From Bacteroidota bacterium (GTDB taxonomy: Bacteria; Bacteroidota; Bacteroidia; Bacteroidales; WCHB1-69), in assembly GCA_037130365.1 (NCBI GenBank), contig JBAXTE010000016.1, positions 6,029-70,028 of the forward strand: a stretch of DNA of 64,000 nucleotides, read 5' to 3'. Below are positions 42,622 to 52,011 of the stretch, piece by piece. The notes under the pieces are model-generated. The model saw only the letters and a list, made by a program, of their open reading frames with translations, had not been told where the DNA came from and searched no databases. A program made the position numbers and the translations under genes. The stretch's first letter is position 1. Every line of letters begins with the position of its first letter.

Positions 42622-43305
42622 ATGGAATATAATACTGTTCGAGACTTTTTAGCCATAAGGGAATATGGTAGAAATGTAAAAAAAATGGTTACTTACTTAC
42701 TTACTGTTGAAGATCGCGAGAAGCGTACACAATTAGCAAATTCAACTATTAAAGTAATGTCACAACTGAATACAGCGAGCAAAGACACGCAGGATTATTG
42801 GCATAAGTTATGGGATCATTTGTATATACTTTCAGATTTTAAATTAGAGGTTGATTCTCCATATCCAATGCCTGAAAGCACCATTTTAACGAAAAAGCCA
42901 GATCCAATTTCATATCCAAAAAATAAAATCAGATTTCGTCATTACGGCAAAACAATTGAACGGATGATTGCTAAAGCCTGTTTGATGGATGATGGTGAAG
43001 AAAAACAAGCCTTTGTCTCTGTAATTGGAAATCACTTAAAAAAATTATACATCACGTGGAATCGCGATTCAGTTAATGATGAATTAATTTTTGACCAACT
43101 GGCGTTGTTGTCAGGTGGTAGATTAAGACTTGATGAAAACTCCCAATTAACTAGAACTCACGATATTATTGTTCAAAACAACCAAGCACCTGCAGATACT
43201 TCAAATATTGCAAACAGATCAAGAATGAACAACAATAACAATCGTAAAAAAAGTAATGGTCAGTCAAAGTTAAAACCTTACAAGAAAAAATATCAACAAA
43301 AATAA
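42622..43305 (+). CDS. DUF4290 family protein
   Basis: EYNT.R..L..EYGRN, HKLWDHL..SDF.L..DSPYP, RHYGK. Confidence 0.85.
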   Translation: MEYNTVRDFLAIREYGRNVKKMVTYLLTVEDREKRTQLANSTIKVMSQLNTASKDTQDYWHKLWDHLYILSDFKLEVDSPYPMPESTILTKKPDPISYPKNKIRFRHYGKTIERMIAKACLMDDGEEKQAFVSVIGNHLKKLYITWNRDSVNDELIFDQLALLSGGRLRLDENSQLTRTHDIIVQNNQAPADTSNIANRSRMNNNNNRKKSNGQSKLKPYKKKYQQK

Positions 43306-43318
43306 TTCTTGATTAATA

Positions 43319-44260
43319 ATGTCAACAAATATTCTTGAAGCAAAAAATATTGTCAAAAAATATGCAGAGCACGTTGCATTAGATGATGTAAGTTTATCTA
43401 TTAAAAGAAATACTATTTTTGGGATGCTCGGTCCGAATGGAGCTGGAAAAACTTCTTTTATTCGAATAATAAATCAAATTACAGCTCCCGATAGTGGCAT
43501 TATAACTTTTGATGGTGCTCCCTTAAACAAAAAACACATTACCCAAATTGGTTATTTACCTGAAGAACGTGGGTTATATAAAAAGATGAAAGTTGGTGAA
43601 CAAGCCATTTATCTTTCCCAACTCAAAGGGCTCACCAGACATGAAGCGATTAAACGACTGAAAATATGGTTTCAAAAATTTGAAGTTGAAGGCTGGTGGA
43701 ACAAACGAGTTGAAGAGTTATCTAAGGGGATGCAGCAAAAAATTCAATTTATTGTTACTGTTATTCATGAACCTCAGTTTTTGATTTTTGACGAACCTTT
43801 TAGTGGATTTGATCCAATCAATGTTGATTTATTAAAAGATGAAATTCTACTTTTAAAGGAAAATGGAGCTACAATTATTTTCTCCACACACAATATGTCT
43901 TCGGTTGAAGAAATTTGTGACGAAATTGCCCTTCTAAATAAATCAAAAATCATCCTTGAAGGAGAAGTTAATGAAGTTAAAAACAGATTTAAATCTAATA
44001 TCTATAACCTAGAAATCGAGACGCCTGCTTTTGACATAAAAACAATAATTCCGGAAGACTTTTCTTTTGTCACTTCAGAGGAAGATCATAATATTTCAAG
44101 ACTTCATATACGAATTCCTAAGGAAAGATCATCAAATGAATTGCTAAAAATCTTTTTGGATCACACTACAATTCACAAATTCAATGAAATTTTGCCCACA
44201 ATGAACGAAGTTTTCATTTCGAGTATAAAAAGCAAAAATAACGCTAATTTAGAGATGTAA
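43319..44260 (+). CDS. ABC-2 exporter ATP-binding subunit (NatA/YhaQ-like)
   Basis: GPNGAGKT, GYLPEERGLY, LSKGMQQK, DEPFSGFDP. Confidence 0.92.
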   Translation: MSTNILEAKNIVKKYAEHVALDDVSLSIKRNTIFGMLGPNGAGKTSFIRIINQITAPDSGIITFDGAPLNKKHITQIGYLPEERGLYKKMKVGEQAIYLSQLKGLTRHEAIKRLKIWFQKFEVEGWWNKRVEELSKGMQQKIQFIVTVIHEPQFLIFDEPFSGFDPINVDLLKDEILLLKENGATIIFSTHNMSSVEEICDEIALLNKSKIILEGEVNEVKNRFKSNIYNLEIETPAFDIKTIIPEDFSFVTSEEDHNISRLHIRIPKERSSNELLKIFLDHTTIHKFNEILPTMNEVFISSIKSKNNANLEM

Positions 44261-44261
44261 A

Positions 44262-45632
44262 ATGATGAATAATATCACACTAATTATTAAGCGAGAATAT
44301 ATCACCAGAGTAAGAAAACGTTCTTTTATCATCATGACGATTATTGGGCCCTTGCTAATGGCTGCATTAATGATTGTCCCTACGATTATTTCAAAAATGT
44401 CGGATGAACAAAAAAAAGTTGCAGTTATCGATGACTCTGGTTTTTACAAAGGTCTTTTAGAATCAACTGCGGATGTTAAGTTTGTAGATAAAAATACTAC
44501 TGTTGAAGAGGCAAAAGCGAATTTAAAAAAAGACAACTTTGATGCATTATTGTACATTCCAAAAAATGGAGTTCCAAATAGAGCATACTTGTACTCAATT
44601 AAGCAACTTGGTTTAGGAGTTAAATCTCATATTCAAAACAGTATGAAATATCATCTTGAGCGATATTTTATTAAGGATATGTATAATATTGATTTAGATT
44701 CGATAAAAGCTATAGAGTCTAACAATCGGATAATGATTGATCAATGTACAATTAATGAATCGGGTGTTGAAGAAAAGAGCTCAACTGAAATAAATACGTT
44801 CTTAGGATTAATAGCTGGGATTGTAGTCTATTTCTTTGTTTTTATGTTTGGTTCTCAGGTAATGAGGGGCGTAATAGAAGAAAAGAGCAATCGAATTATT
44901 GAGGTTATTGTCTCTTCGGTAAAACCTGTTCATTTAATGTTTGGAAAAATTATTGGAATTGCAATGGTTGGTCTGACCCAATTTTTGCTTTGGATTATCC
45001 TAACTTTTTTTATAGTTATGGGATTTCAAAGTTTTCAACCTGAACTTTTCCCGAACAAGAATTCACAAAACAACTCCTCTATTCAACTCAGCAAACAAAA
45101 TGTAAATACACCATTAAGAGGCGCAGACCTCCAAAACGCGAACCAACAACTCAAAACAGCCAATAATCAACAAGTTATGGGTGAAATTACAGATGCATTA
45201 AAAACTGTAAATTTTGGAGTGATGATTTCGATGTTCTTATTTTACTTTATCGGAGGATATTTATTATATGGTTCATTGTTTGCCGCAATTGGGGCCGCTG
45301 TGGATAGCGAAGCTGATACTCAACAATTTATGCTTCCAATTACAATACCACTAGTATTTGCATTGGTAATGTCACAATTTGTTACAAATAACCCAAGTGG
45401 TCCTGTAGCATATTGGTTATCGATTATCCCATTTACCTCTCCAATTATTATGATGATACGAATTCCGTTCGGAGTTCCATATCACGAATTAATACTTTCT
45501 ATGACATTATTAATTTTTGGATTTGTGTTCACCACATGGTTGGCTGCAAAAATATATCGGACAGGCATTTTAATGTATGGCAAAAAAATCAGCTACAAGG
45601 AACTTTGGAAATGGATTAAATATAATAATTAA
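44262..45632 (+). CDS. ABC-2 exporter permease (NatB/YhaP-like)
   Basis: [20 protein letters not shown], multiple TMs, [11 protein letters not shown]. Confidence 0.9.
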   Translation: MMNNITLIIKREYITRVRKRSFIIMTIIGPLLMAALMIVPTIISKMSDEQKKVAVIDDSGFYKGLLESTADVKFVDKNTTVEEAKANLKKDNFDALLYIPKNGVPNRAYLYSIKQLGLGVKSHIQNSMKYHLERYFIKDMYNIDLDSIKAIESNNRIMIDQCTINESGVEEKSSTEINTFLGLIAGIVVYFFVFMFGSQVMRGVIEEKSNRIIEVIVSSVKPVHLMFGKIIGIAMVGLTQFLLWIILTFFIVMGFQSFQPELFPNKNSQNNSSIQLSKQNVNTPLRGADLQNANQQLKTANNQQVMGEITDALKTVNFGVMISMFLFYFIGGYLLYGSLFAAIGAAVDSEADTQQFMLPITIPLVFALVMSQFVTNNPSGPVAYWLSIIPFTSPIIMMIRIPFGVPYHELILSMTLLIFGFVFTTWLAAKIYRTGILMYGKKISYKELWKWIKYNN

Positions 45633-45643
45633 TCAGAATTAAC

Positions 45644-46369
45644 ATGAAACTATCAATTGTAATCCCCGCATACAACGAAGAGCGAACCATTCATTTAATT
45701 TTGGATAAAGTTTTAGCTGTTTCACTCATTTGCGATATTGAAAAAGAAATTATTTTAGTTAATGATTGTTCTAAAGACGCTACTAAAGAAACTATAGAAT
45801 CATACATCTCGGCTCATCCAACAAGTAACTTTATATTATATAATCAACCTATTAATAAAGGTAAAGGCGCTGCAATTCATCAAGGAATTGAAATTGCAAC
45901 AGGCGACTTTGTTATTGTACAAGATGCAGATTTAGAATATGATCCATCTGAATATAATAAGCTTCTTAAACCAATCATTGATGGATTTGCTGATGTTGTT
46001 TATGGTTCAAGATTTATTGGTGGAAACCCTCATCGCATCCTCTTTTTCTGGCATAGTATCGGAAACAAAATGCTCACTTTTGCCTCTAACATGATGACAA
46101 ATCTTAATCTTACAGATATGGAAACATGTTATAAGTTGTTCCGTGCGGATATTATTAAATCGCTGTATTTAAAAGAGTGTCGGTTTGGATTTGAACCAGA
46201 AATAACTGCCAAAATTTCAAGGATTAAAAATATTCGTATTTATGAAGTGGGAATTTCATACTACGGTAGAACTTACCTTGAAGGGAAAAAAATAAGTATG
46301 AAAGATGGTTTTAGAGCTATTTGGTGTATTCTAAAATATAATATCTGGAATAAAAAAAACCTGAAATAA
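45644..46369 (+). CDS. Glycosyltransferase family 2 (DPM/ArnC-like)
   Basis: [38 protein letters not shown]. Confidence 0.92.
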   Translation: MKLSIVIPAYNEERTIHLILDKVLAVSLICDIEKEIILVNDCSKDATKETIESYISAHPTSNFILYNQPINKGKGAAIHQGIEIATGDFVIVQDADLEYDPSEYNKLLKPIIDGFADVVYGSRFIGGNPHRILFFWHSIGNKMLTFASNMMTNLNLTDMETCYKLFRADIIKSLYLKECRFGFEPEITAKISRIKNIRIYEVGISYYGRTYLEGKKISMKDGFRAIWCILKYNIWNKKNLK

Positions 46370-46512
46370 GAGGTCAATGCCAAAATCAGGGGGAGAGCCT
46401 CAAATTACAAAACATCTTACATGCTTTATTTTGACTTAAATTTAATATGAATGTAATGTAATTAGTCAAAATAGTTTGATATCTTTAGATGAAATATATA
46501 TATTTTGTCGCC

Positions 46513-46802
46513 TTACTTTTTGTCTTGACACACCTGAGCGAAGCGAAAGCATGAGTACCTTGTAACCTTAAAATTATAATACGAATAAAAAGTAACCAAA
46601 ATCCCGATAATTATCGGGACAAGACTGCACCAAAAAAGCTAAAAATCAGCCATTTATACTGAACGATGCAAGTCATGGACATTATTCAAGCAATGAGATT
46701 CACCCGACGGTTTAATCTGCTTGTAATTTATTTTCATTGCACCACCCGCCTCGTCTTAATCGCATAAATGGTTGATTTTCTTTACGTTTTTTTGATGAGG
46801 TC
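46513..46802. repeat. Structured non-coding palindromic element I with nested inserts
   Basis: TTACTTTTT/AAAAAGTAA, GTCTTG/CAAGAC, AAAATCAGCCATTTAT/ATAAATGGTTGATTTT pairings; TCCCGATAATTATCGGGA insert. Confidence 0.7.
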
Positions 46803-46900
46803 GATTCTAAGGCTACCGCGGTGATTTTTTAACATCTAAGAGTTTCCTTATCAGAATTGAGGAATGATAATCTTTGCAAGCCTCTTCTTGTGAGGGCTGA

Positions 46901-47153
46901 ACCGCCTTGAACAAAAGAGCATAAAGAAAAATAAACTGTTCTGCGTAAAGAAATCGATGTTGTTTGACGACGTTAGGCAAAATGCTTGTTAGAAGTATTT
47001 TTTACTTTCAACATATCATTTTGACTAAAAGGAGGAGTTCGTCGATTTTAGAAGAACTGTTTATTTTTTAGCACTTTTGTGATAGCGGCGGCATTTTTTG
47101 CTTACTTTTTTTTGCTGGAGAAAAAAAGTAAGTGCCCGTCCGGCATTAGGACA
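46901..47153. repeat. Structured non-coding palindromic element II (long hairpin plus terminal hairpin)
   Basis: Five nested inverted segments across 46911-47080, then CTTACTTTTTTT/AAAAAAAGTAAG. Confidence 0.75.
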
Positions 47154-47298
47154 TCTAAAAGGAAAATTTTATTCTTCATTTTTCATAAGTTTGAGAATAT
47201 TATTGCTCTCTAATGATAAGAAACAGATTTATTTTTATATGCTTTCCACTTGGCTTTTGCGTTCATTCGTAAAAAGTTTAAAATTTTAAATATTCTTA

Positions 47299-47988
47299 CT
47301 ATTGCAGGATTTGCTCAAAAAAATGCCATAAATTTTCATTCGGAACTTTAGCGGTAGCATGAATATTTAAATGGGTAACTGGGTGTTCAAAATTCAAACT
47401 TCTTGCGTGTAAACATATTGATCCATCTGGATTTGATCGAGGCGCTCCATATTTTAAATCTCCTTTAATTATGCACCCAATATTTGATAACTGCACTCTA
47501 ATTTGGTGATGTCGTCCGGTGAATAATTCAACTTCTAACAAATGATATTTATCTGACGAGGCTATTAATCGATAGCCTAATTCAGCCCTTGTGGCTCCAG
47601 ATTGAGTTTCTTGGACAATATATGATTTATTTAATTTTTCATTTTTCATTAAATAATTCACCAAGCGATCTTCATTTTTTGGAGGAGATTGTAAAACAAT
47701 TGCCCAATATGTCTTTTCTATTTTTCGTTCTTTCACAATCTCATTCATGCGAGTGAGCGCCTTGGATGTCTTTGCAAATAAAACAACACCCGTAACTGGA
47801 CGATCTAATCGATGAACAACTCCTACAAACGCTTTACCTGGTTTATTATATTTTTCGCTTAAAAAATCTGAAACATCCTCAGACATAGGCTTATCCCCCG
47901 TTTTATCTCCTTGCACAATATCTCCAGTTTTTTTATTTACAATGATAATATGATTGTCTTCGTAAATTACATCAAGCGAGTTTTTCAT
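47299..47988 (-). CDS. RluA-family RNA pseudouridine synthase
   Basis: YED.HII.VNK, VHRLDRPVTG, TGRHHQIR, GDLKYG, LHAR; -7 TATCTTTG at 48009-48002. Confidence 0.93.
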   Translation of the reverse strand: MKNSLDVIYEDNHIIIVNKKTGDIVQGDKTGDKPMSEDVSDFLSEKYNKPGKAFVGVVHRLDRPVTGVVLFAKTSKALTRMNEIVKERKIEKTYWAIVLQSPPKNEDRLVNYLMKNEKLNKSYIVQETQSGATRAELGYRLIASSDKYHLLEVELFTGRHHQIRVQLSNIGCIIKGDLKYGAPRSNPDGSICLHARSLNFEHPVTHLNIHATAKVPNENLWHFFEQILQ

Positions 47989-48096
47989 CAATTTTTTTTT
48001 GCAAAGATATTATAAAATTGCCAAAGCAAAAGAATAATTCAAAGGAACATATTCGACCTATTAATTCATTTTTGATAACCAATCGAACGGCAAAAG

Positions 48097-48240
48097 GCAT
48101 ATGGTTCACGGTACTTTAACGGTAAATGGTAAATGGTTCAGGGTACACGATTGCTCCGTTGCATCCCATCGTTCGTTTCACGTTTTTCTTTTCACTCCCG
48201 ATAGTTATCGGGATCACGGAATATCTTTTCACGTTTTCAA
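48097..48240. repeat. Heptamer-like repeats with TCCCGATAGTTATCGGGA palindrome
   Basis: GGTAAAT/GGTTCAC and TTTCACG units; perfect-ended palindrome at 48196-48213. Confidence 0.6.
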
Positions 48241-48419
48241 CACTCAGTCCACAAAGAAATATAAAAGCTATGTTATTCTTAAAAGAGAAATTTATTAAGA
48301 TAACACATTGATTTTGTGAATGAAACAATATTTTAATCAACAAATTTTCAATTGATTTCACTTTTGATTTTCTACTTTACAAAGACTTTTAATTATTGGC
48401 AATGTTGATTTTTATCATC

Positions 48420-50525
48420 TCATTGATTGCAAATTAATCGCAAAAGTGATTCCTCTATTTTTTCACCTTTAGAAATACAGATATTCAGATTGATACATGC
48501 ATTTTTTAAATCGTTTAATTTGTAATATGTTAGCCCTAGATTATAATAATACCAGGAATTTGTATTGTTTGTACTAATTGCTTCTAAAAAATATGTTTTA
48601 GCCAATTCGTATTGTCCTAGAATAAAAAATGCAGTTCCGGCATTATAACTTTCAATATCTGAAAGCTCTTGATTATTTTCTATTGTACTTCGAGCTCTCA
48701 CTCCACGAATAGAATCGTTGGATAAACTGGAATTATCAATATGTAATTTTTCAAACACAAAAGCATTCCACTGCTCTAATTTCTTTTGATTAATACCCCG
48801 TTGTACTTCTTTTAAATATCTTTCATGAACAGCTTCGAGTTCCTTAACATTTGATTCATAAACGATTTCCATTGCATTTACCGTCTTTTGACATTTGCTT
48901 AGCTCATCATTTAATTTAAGCCTCTGAATTTCTATTAAATCAAAATAAATATTGATAAAGTAATTTGTGTAAGATTGCTCTTGAAGATAGTAATAAGATT
49001 CATCCAAATCAATTATTGAGGCTGTGATATAAGAAATTGAGTCGTTAAATTTGTTAATATCTAAGAAGAGTTGTCCCTTTAAATCAAAAAGGTTATATGG
49101 AACTGATGAGTGATCATCATTTTTAAATTTATTAGAATTAAGAGAAAAATTATATTTTTTATTAAGCGACTTAACTGTGATTCTTGACGAAGCCGACCAT
49201 GTTTGTTTTTTTACAATAAATAAACTGTTATCATTCGAATTCAAATCACTATAACTTAACAATACACCATTTTTGGCGAAGAAATCAACATAGTTTTTTT
49301 TCTTTTCACTTAATTGTATTGCATCATTATGGTCCCAAAACCATTGGTTATAGGGAAATGAAAGAATTTTGTCATAATCAGCATAAGCGTTGTTGTATGA
49401 AAATTTTGGTTCAAAAAATAACTCTTCTTTATCAAATAAATATATAATACCATTTGAACTTATATTTTTACTCGAAAGGTCATCGGTATATTTAAAACAA
49501 TAATTAATTTGAATATAATCTAATTTAGAAATTGAACTATCGTTGGCAAAAGTGTATATTAGCGAAAGCGAAATAGAGTCAATTTTATGCGATGGTTTAA
49601 TAGTTGAAAATGGTTGATATGAAAGAGTTTTATCGTTTGCATTTTTAATCAATTTGATTTTAAGCAAGTTGAAATTACTATTATCAATCCATATTTCACC
49701 AGAAAAGAGCGATGCAGGTTCAATTTTGCGTGTAAACTCGATATGATAAATATTTTTTGATGAACCACTTATTGACAATAGCTTTAAGGAGTATGCTTTC
49801 TTAAGCATTTTGAGCGACATCTGCAAAGGATTCATATTCAGGTATTGTTGAGAGTCTGAATATTTTGAAACATTATCGAATAGATTATAGGAAGTTATTA
49901 TTTCTGAAGTACTTAAACTAACAAAATAAGAATTACTGAACGGAGCTAATCCAATTTTTCCATTTTTCAGTTTCAAATTTTTAATAATATTGTTTTTTAT
50001 TTCTGCATTGTAGTAGCACTCAATAACTTCAACCGGCGAATCACTCGATTCAGTTTCTAACGAAAAGTATGCTTTACTGTTAAAAGAAGGTGTTTTTCTT
50101 GTTTTTTCGCTGCATTTATTAATTAATTGATATAAGTAGTCTTTGTATTCAATAATCGTGAATTCACTTAATTCAAATAACTCTGGTTGCATATATATTT
50201 TAATTTTTTCTTTAAAAAAAGAAGATGCTATAGTTTTTGATTGATAGCCTAAATAAGAAATAATTAAGGTGTCTTTCTCAATATTCGCTTCGATTTCAAA
50301 CAACCCATCTTCGTTGGTAATGGCTCCTTTTACTGTCCCTTTAATTTGAATAGAGCAATAAGGCATTGGTTTTGAACTTGTTCCATCTAAAACAACCCCT
50401 TCTATTTTAGATTGACCAAAAACTTTACTTCCAAAAAGAAGCATACAGACTAATCCTAGACATATTATTACTGGGGAAAAATTAAGAATTAGATTTAGCT
50501 GTACACTTCTATATTTCACATTCAT
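48420..50525 (-). CDS. Carboxypeptidase-regulatory-like domain protein with C-terminal TPR
   Basis: G.V.D..S.P.PY..I..GAITNEDGLF..ISYLGY; YNAG..YYNLGL TPR; start uncertain. Confidence 0.8.
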   Translation of the reverse strand: MNVKYRSVQLNLILNFSPVIICLGLVCMLLFGSKVFGQSKIEGVVLDGTSSKPMPYCSIQIKGTVKGAITNEDGLFEIEANIEKDTLIISYLGYQSKTIASSFFKEKIKIYMQPELFELSEFTIIEYKDYLYQLINKCSEKTRKTPSFNSKAYFSLETESSDSPVEVIECYYNAEIKNNIIKNLKLKNGKIGLAPFSNSYFVSLSTSEIITSYNLFDNVSKYSDSQQYLNMNPLQMSLKMLKKAYSLKLLSISGSSKNIYHIEFTRKIEPASLFSGEIWIDNSNFNLLKIKLIKNANDKTLSYQPFSTIKPSHKIDSISLSLIYTFANDSSISKLDYIQINYCFKYTDDLSSKNISSNGIIYLFDKEELFFEPKFSYNNAYADYDKILSFPYNQWFWDHNDAIQLSEKKKNYVDFFAKNGVLLSYSDLNSNDNSLFIVKKQTWSASSRITVKSLNKKYNFSLNSNKFKNDDHSSVPYNLFDLKGQLFLDINKFNDSISYITASIIDLDESYYYLQEQSYTNYFINIYFDLIEIQRLKLNDELSKCQKTVNAMEIVYESNVKELEAVHERYLKEVQRGINQKKLEQWNAFVFEKLHIDNSSLSNDSIRGVRARSTIENNQELSDIESYNAGTAFFILGQYELAKTYFLEAISTNNTNSWYYYNLGLTYYKLNDLKNACINLNICISKGEKIEESLLRLICNQ

Positions 50526-50529
50526 TTCT

Positions 50530-51780
50530 TTATTTAAAAATCAATTTTTCTTTTTTACCAAATAGTTCATACGATGATGTAATTACATTTTCACCGCGCT
50601 CTAAACCTTCTAAAACTTCATATTTTTGCGTATTTTGACGACCAATTTTAATTTTTCTTTTAGTCGCAAAAGTGCCTGAAGCATCTACTACATAAATCCA
50701 ATTTCCACCAGTTTCCTGATAAAAACTACCTTTTGGCAACATTTCTGCCTGCGAAACCCCGCTGAATTTTAATCGCATTGAAATGGTTTGTCCCCTTTTA
50801 ATATCTTTTGGAGTTTCTTGTGTAAAAATTAAATCTGTTTCAAAGCTACCACCAGCAACTTTGGTATATATTTTCTTGATTACCAATGTATAATTTTTTC
50901 CCGAAACCTCAAGTTCCGACTCTTGATTTAAAAAAACACGTGAAATATAGCGTTCATCAATCTTTGCTCTCATTTTAAAACCATTTAAAACATCAATTTG
51001 ACCGATATTTTGTCCTTGTGATTTTGTTTCTCCAACTTCGCAATCAATCAATGATAATTGCCCACTTACAGGTGCTTTGATATAGAGGTTTTCAAGATTT
51101 TCTTTAAGCAATTCTAGGTTTTTACTCAGTCTATCTATTGAAGACTTAATTTGAACCACTTGATTTATGTAGTACAACGAATCGTGTTTTTGGGCTTTAA
51201 TGGTTACCATCAATTGCTTGATTAGCAATTCATACTCTCTTTTTGCATCCTCATACTCCACTGTTGAAATCACTTTATCTTTATACAATGACGATTTACG
51301 ATCATAATCCTTTTTCGATTTGTCGATCTTATAATTTAAATCGATAAACTCTTTTTCTCGTTGGAATTTATTTTGCTCAATATTCAGTTTTGTGTTTTGC
51401 AAATTATTAATGATGTCATACATTTGAGTTTCACGTTGCATGTAATCCAATTCAAGGCTCGAATTAGAGAGTTTTAAAATAACATCTCCAGCATTAACAA
51501 TTGCTCCATCTTCAACAAATATTTTCTCAATTCGTCCACCCTGAATTACATCTACAATAATTGATTTTATAGGCATTACAACGCCATCAATTGGAATAAA
51601 TTCTTGAAATTCTCCTTTTTCAACTGTAGAAATAGTCACTTTGTTCTTATCTATATAAAACGTTGAATTGGTTCCTTTAAAGAATAGAAAAAAGAGAATA
51701 AATATCAGAACTAACCCTCCAAGCGAGAGTGCAATTATCTTTTTCAGAGTCCATTTTTTATGCTCAATTTTTTTATCCAT
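50530..51780 (-). CDS. Efflux periplasmic adaptor (MacA/HlyD family)
   Basis: GGRIEKIFVEDG, IKAPVSGQ, IDERYISRV, YEVLEGL. Start reassigned to MDKKIE (51780) because ATG 51861 lies in the sigma54 promoter. Confidence 0.9.
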   Translation of the reverse strand: MDKKIEHKKWTLKKIIALSLGGLVLIFILFFLFFKGTNSTFYIDKNKVTISTVEKGEFQEFIPIDGVVMPIKSIIVDVIQGGRIEKIFVEDGAIVNAGDVILKLSNSSLELDYMQRETQMYDIINNLQNTKLNIEQNKFQREKEFIDLNYKIDKSKKDYDRKSSLYKDKVISTVEYEDAKREYELLIKQLMVTIKAQKHDSLYYINQVVQIKSSIDRLSKNLELLKENLENLYIKAPVSGQLSLIDCEVGETKSQGQNIGQIDVLNGFKMRAKIDERYISRVFLNQESELEVSGKNYTLVIKKIYTKVAGGSFETDLIFTQETPKDIKRGQTISMRLKFSGVSQAEMLPKGSFYQETGGNWIYVVDASGTFATKRKIKIGRQNTQKYEVLEGLERGENVITSSYELFGKKEKLIFK

Positions 51781-51844
51781 AAATTCAATATATCCAGAAA
51801 TGTATAAATTATTGTCACTAATTGTCGACAAATGGCAAATAAAG

Positions 51845-51860
51845 GACAACCTTAATGCCA
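51845..51860 (-). promoter_or_regulatory. Sigma54 (-24/-12) promoter of adaptor gene
   Basis: TGGCAT-TAAGG-TTGTC vs consensus TGGCAC-N5-TTGC. Confidence 0.75.
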
Positions 51861-51922
51861 TTTATCCATTCGTCGTATAATCAGTAGTATACGAACACAA
51901 AATATATAAATCAGAACTAAAA

Positions 51923-51941
51923 GTGTAAAATTATTTGACAC
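51923..51941. promoter_or_regulatory. Putative enhancer (activator binding site) 1
   Basis: GTGTAAAATTATTTGACAC palindrome, 62 bp from the -24 element. Confidence 0.7.
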
Positions 51942-51966
51942 ACAGTTATAAATTGTTATACATTTG
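51934..51966 (+). promoter_or_regulatory. Sigma-A promoter of the two-component genes
   Basis: TTTG-N21-TACATTTG. Confidence 0.7.
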
Positions 51967-52011
51967 CGAAACAAATTACAGTTATAGAATTAACTTTGAA
52001 ACTTATTTCAC

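Noticed and set aside
47098-48361. Small ORFs 47098..47289, 48101..48298, 48116..48361, 48126..48311
   Set aside because: Overlap repeat or hairpin DNA, several overlap each other, and none has a recognisable motif
51781-51861. N-terminal extension of the adaptor from ATG 51861
   Set aside because: That ATG overlaps the sigma54 -24 element; MDKKIE at 51780 precedes the TM anchor as expected
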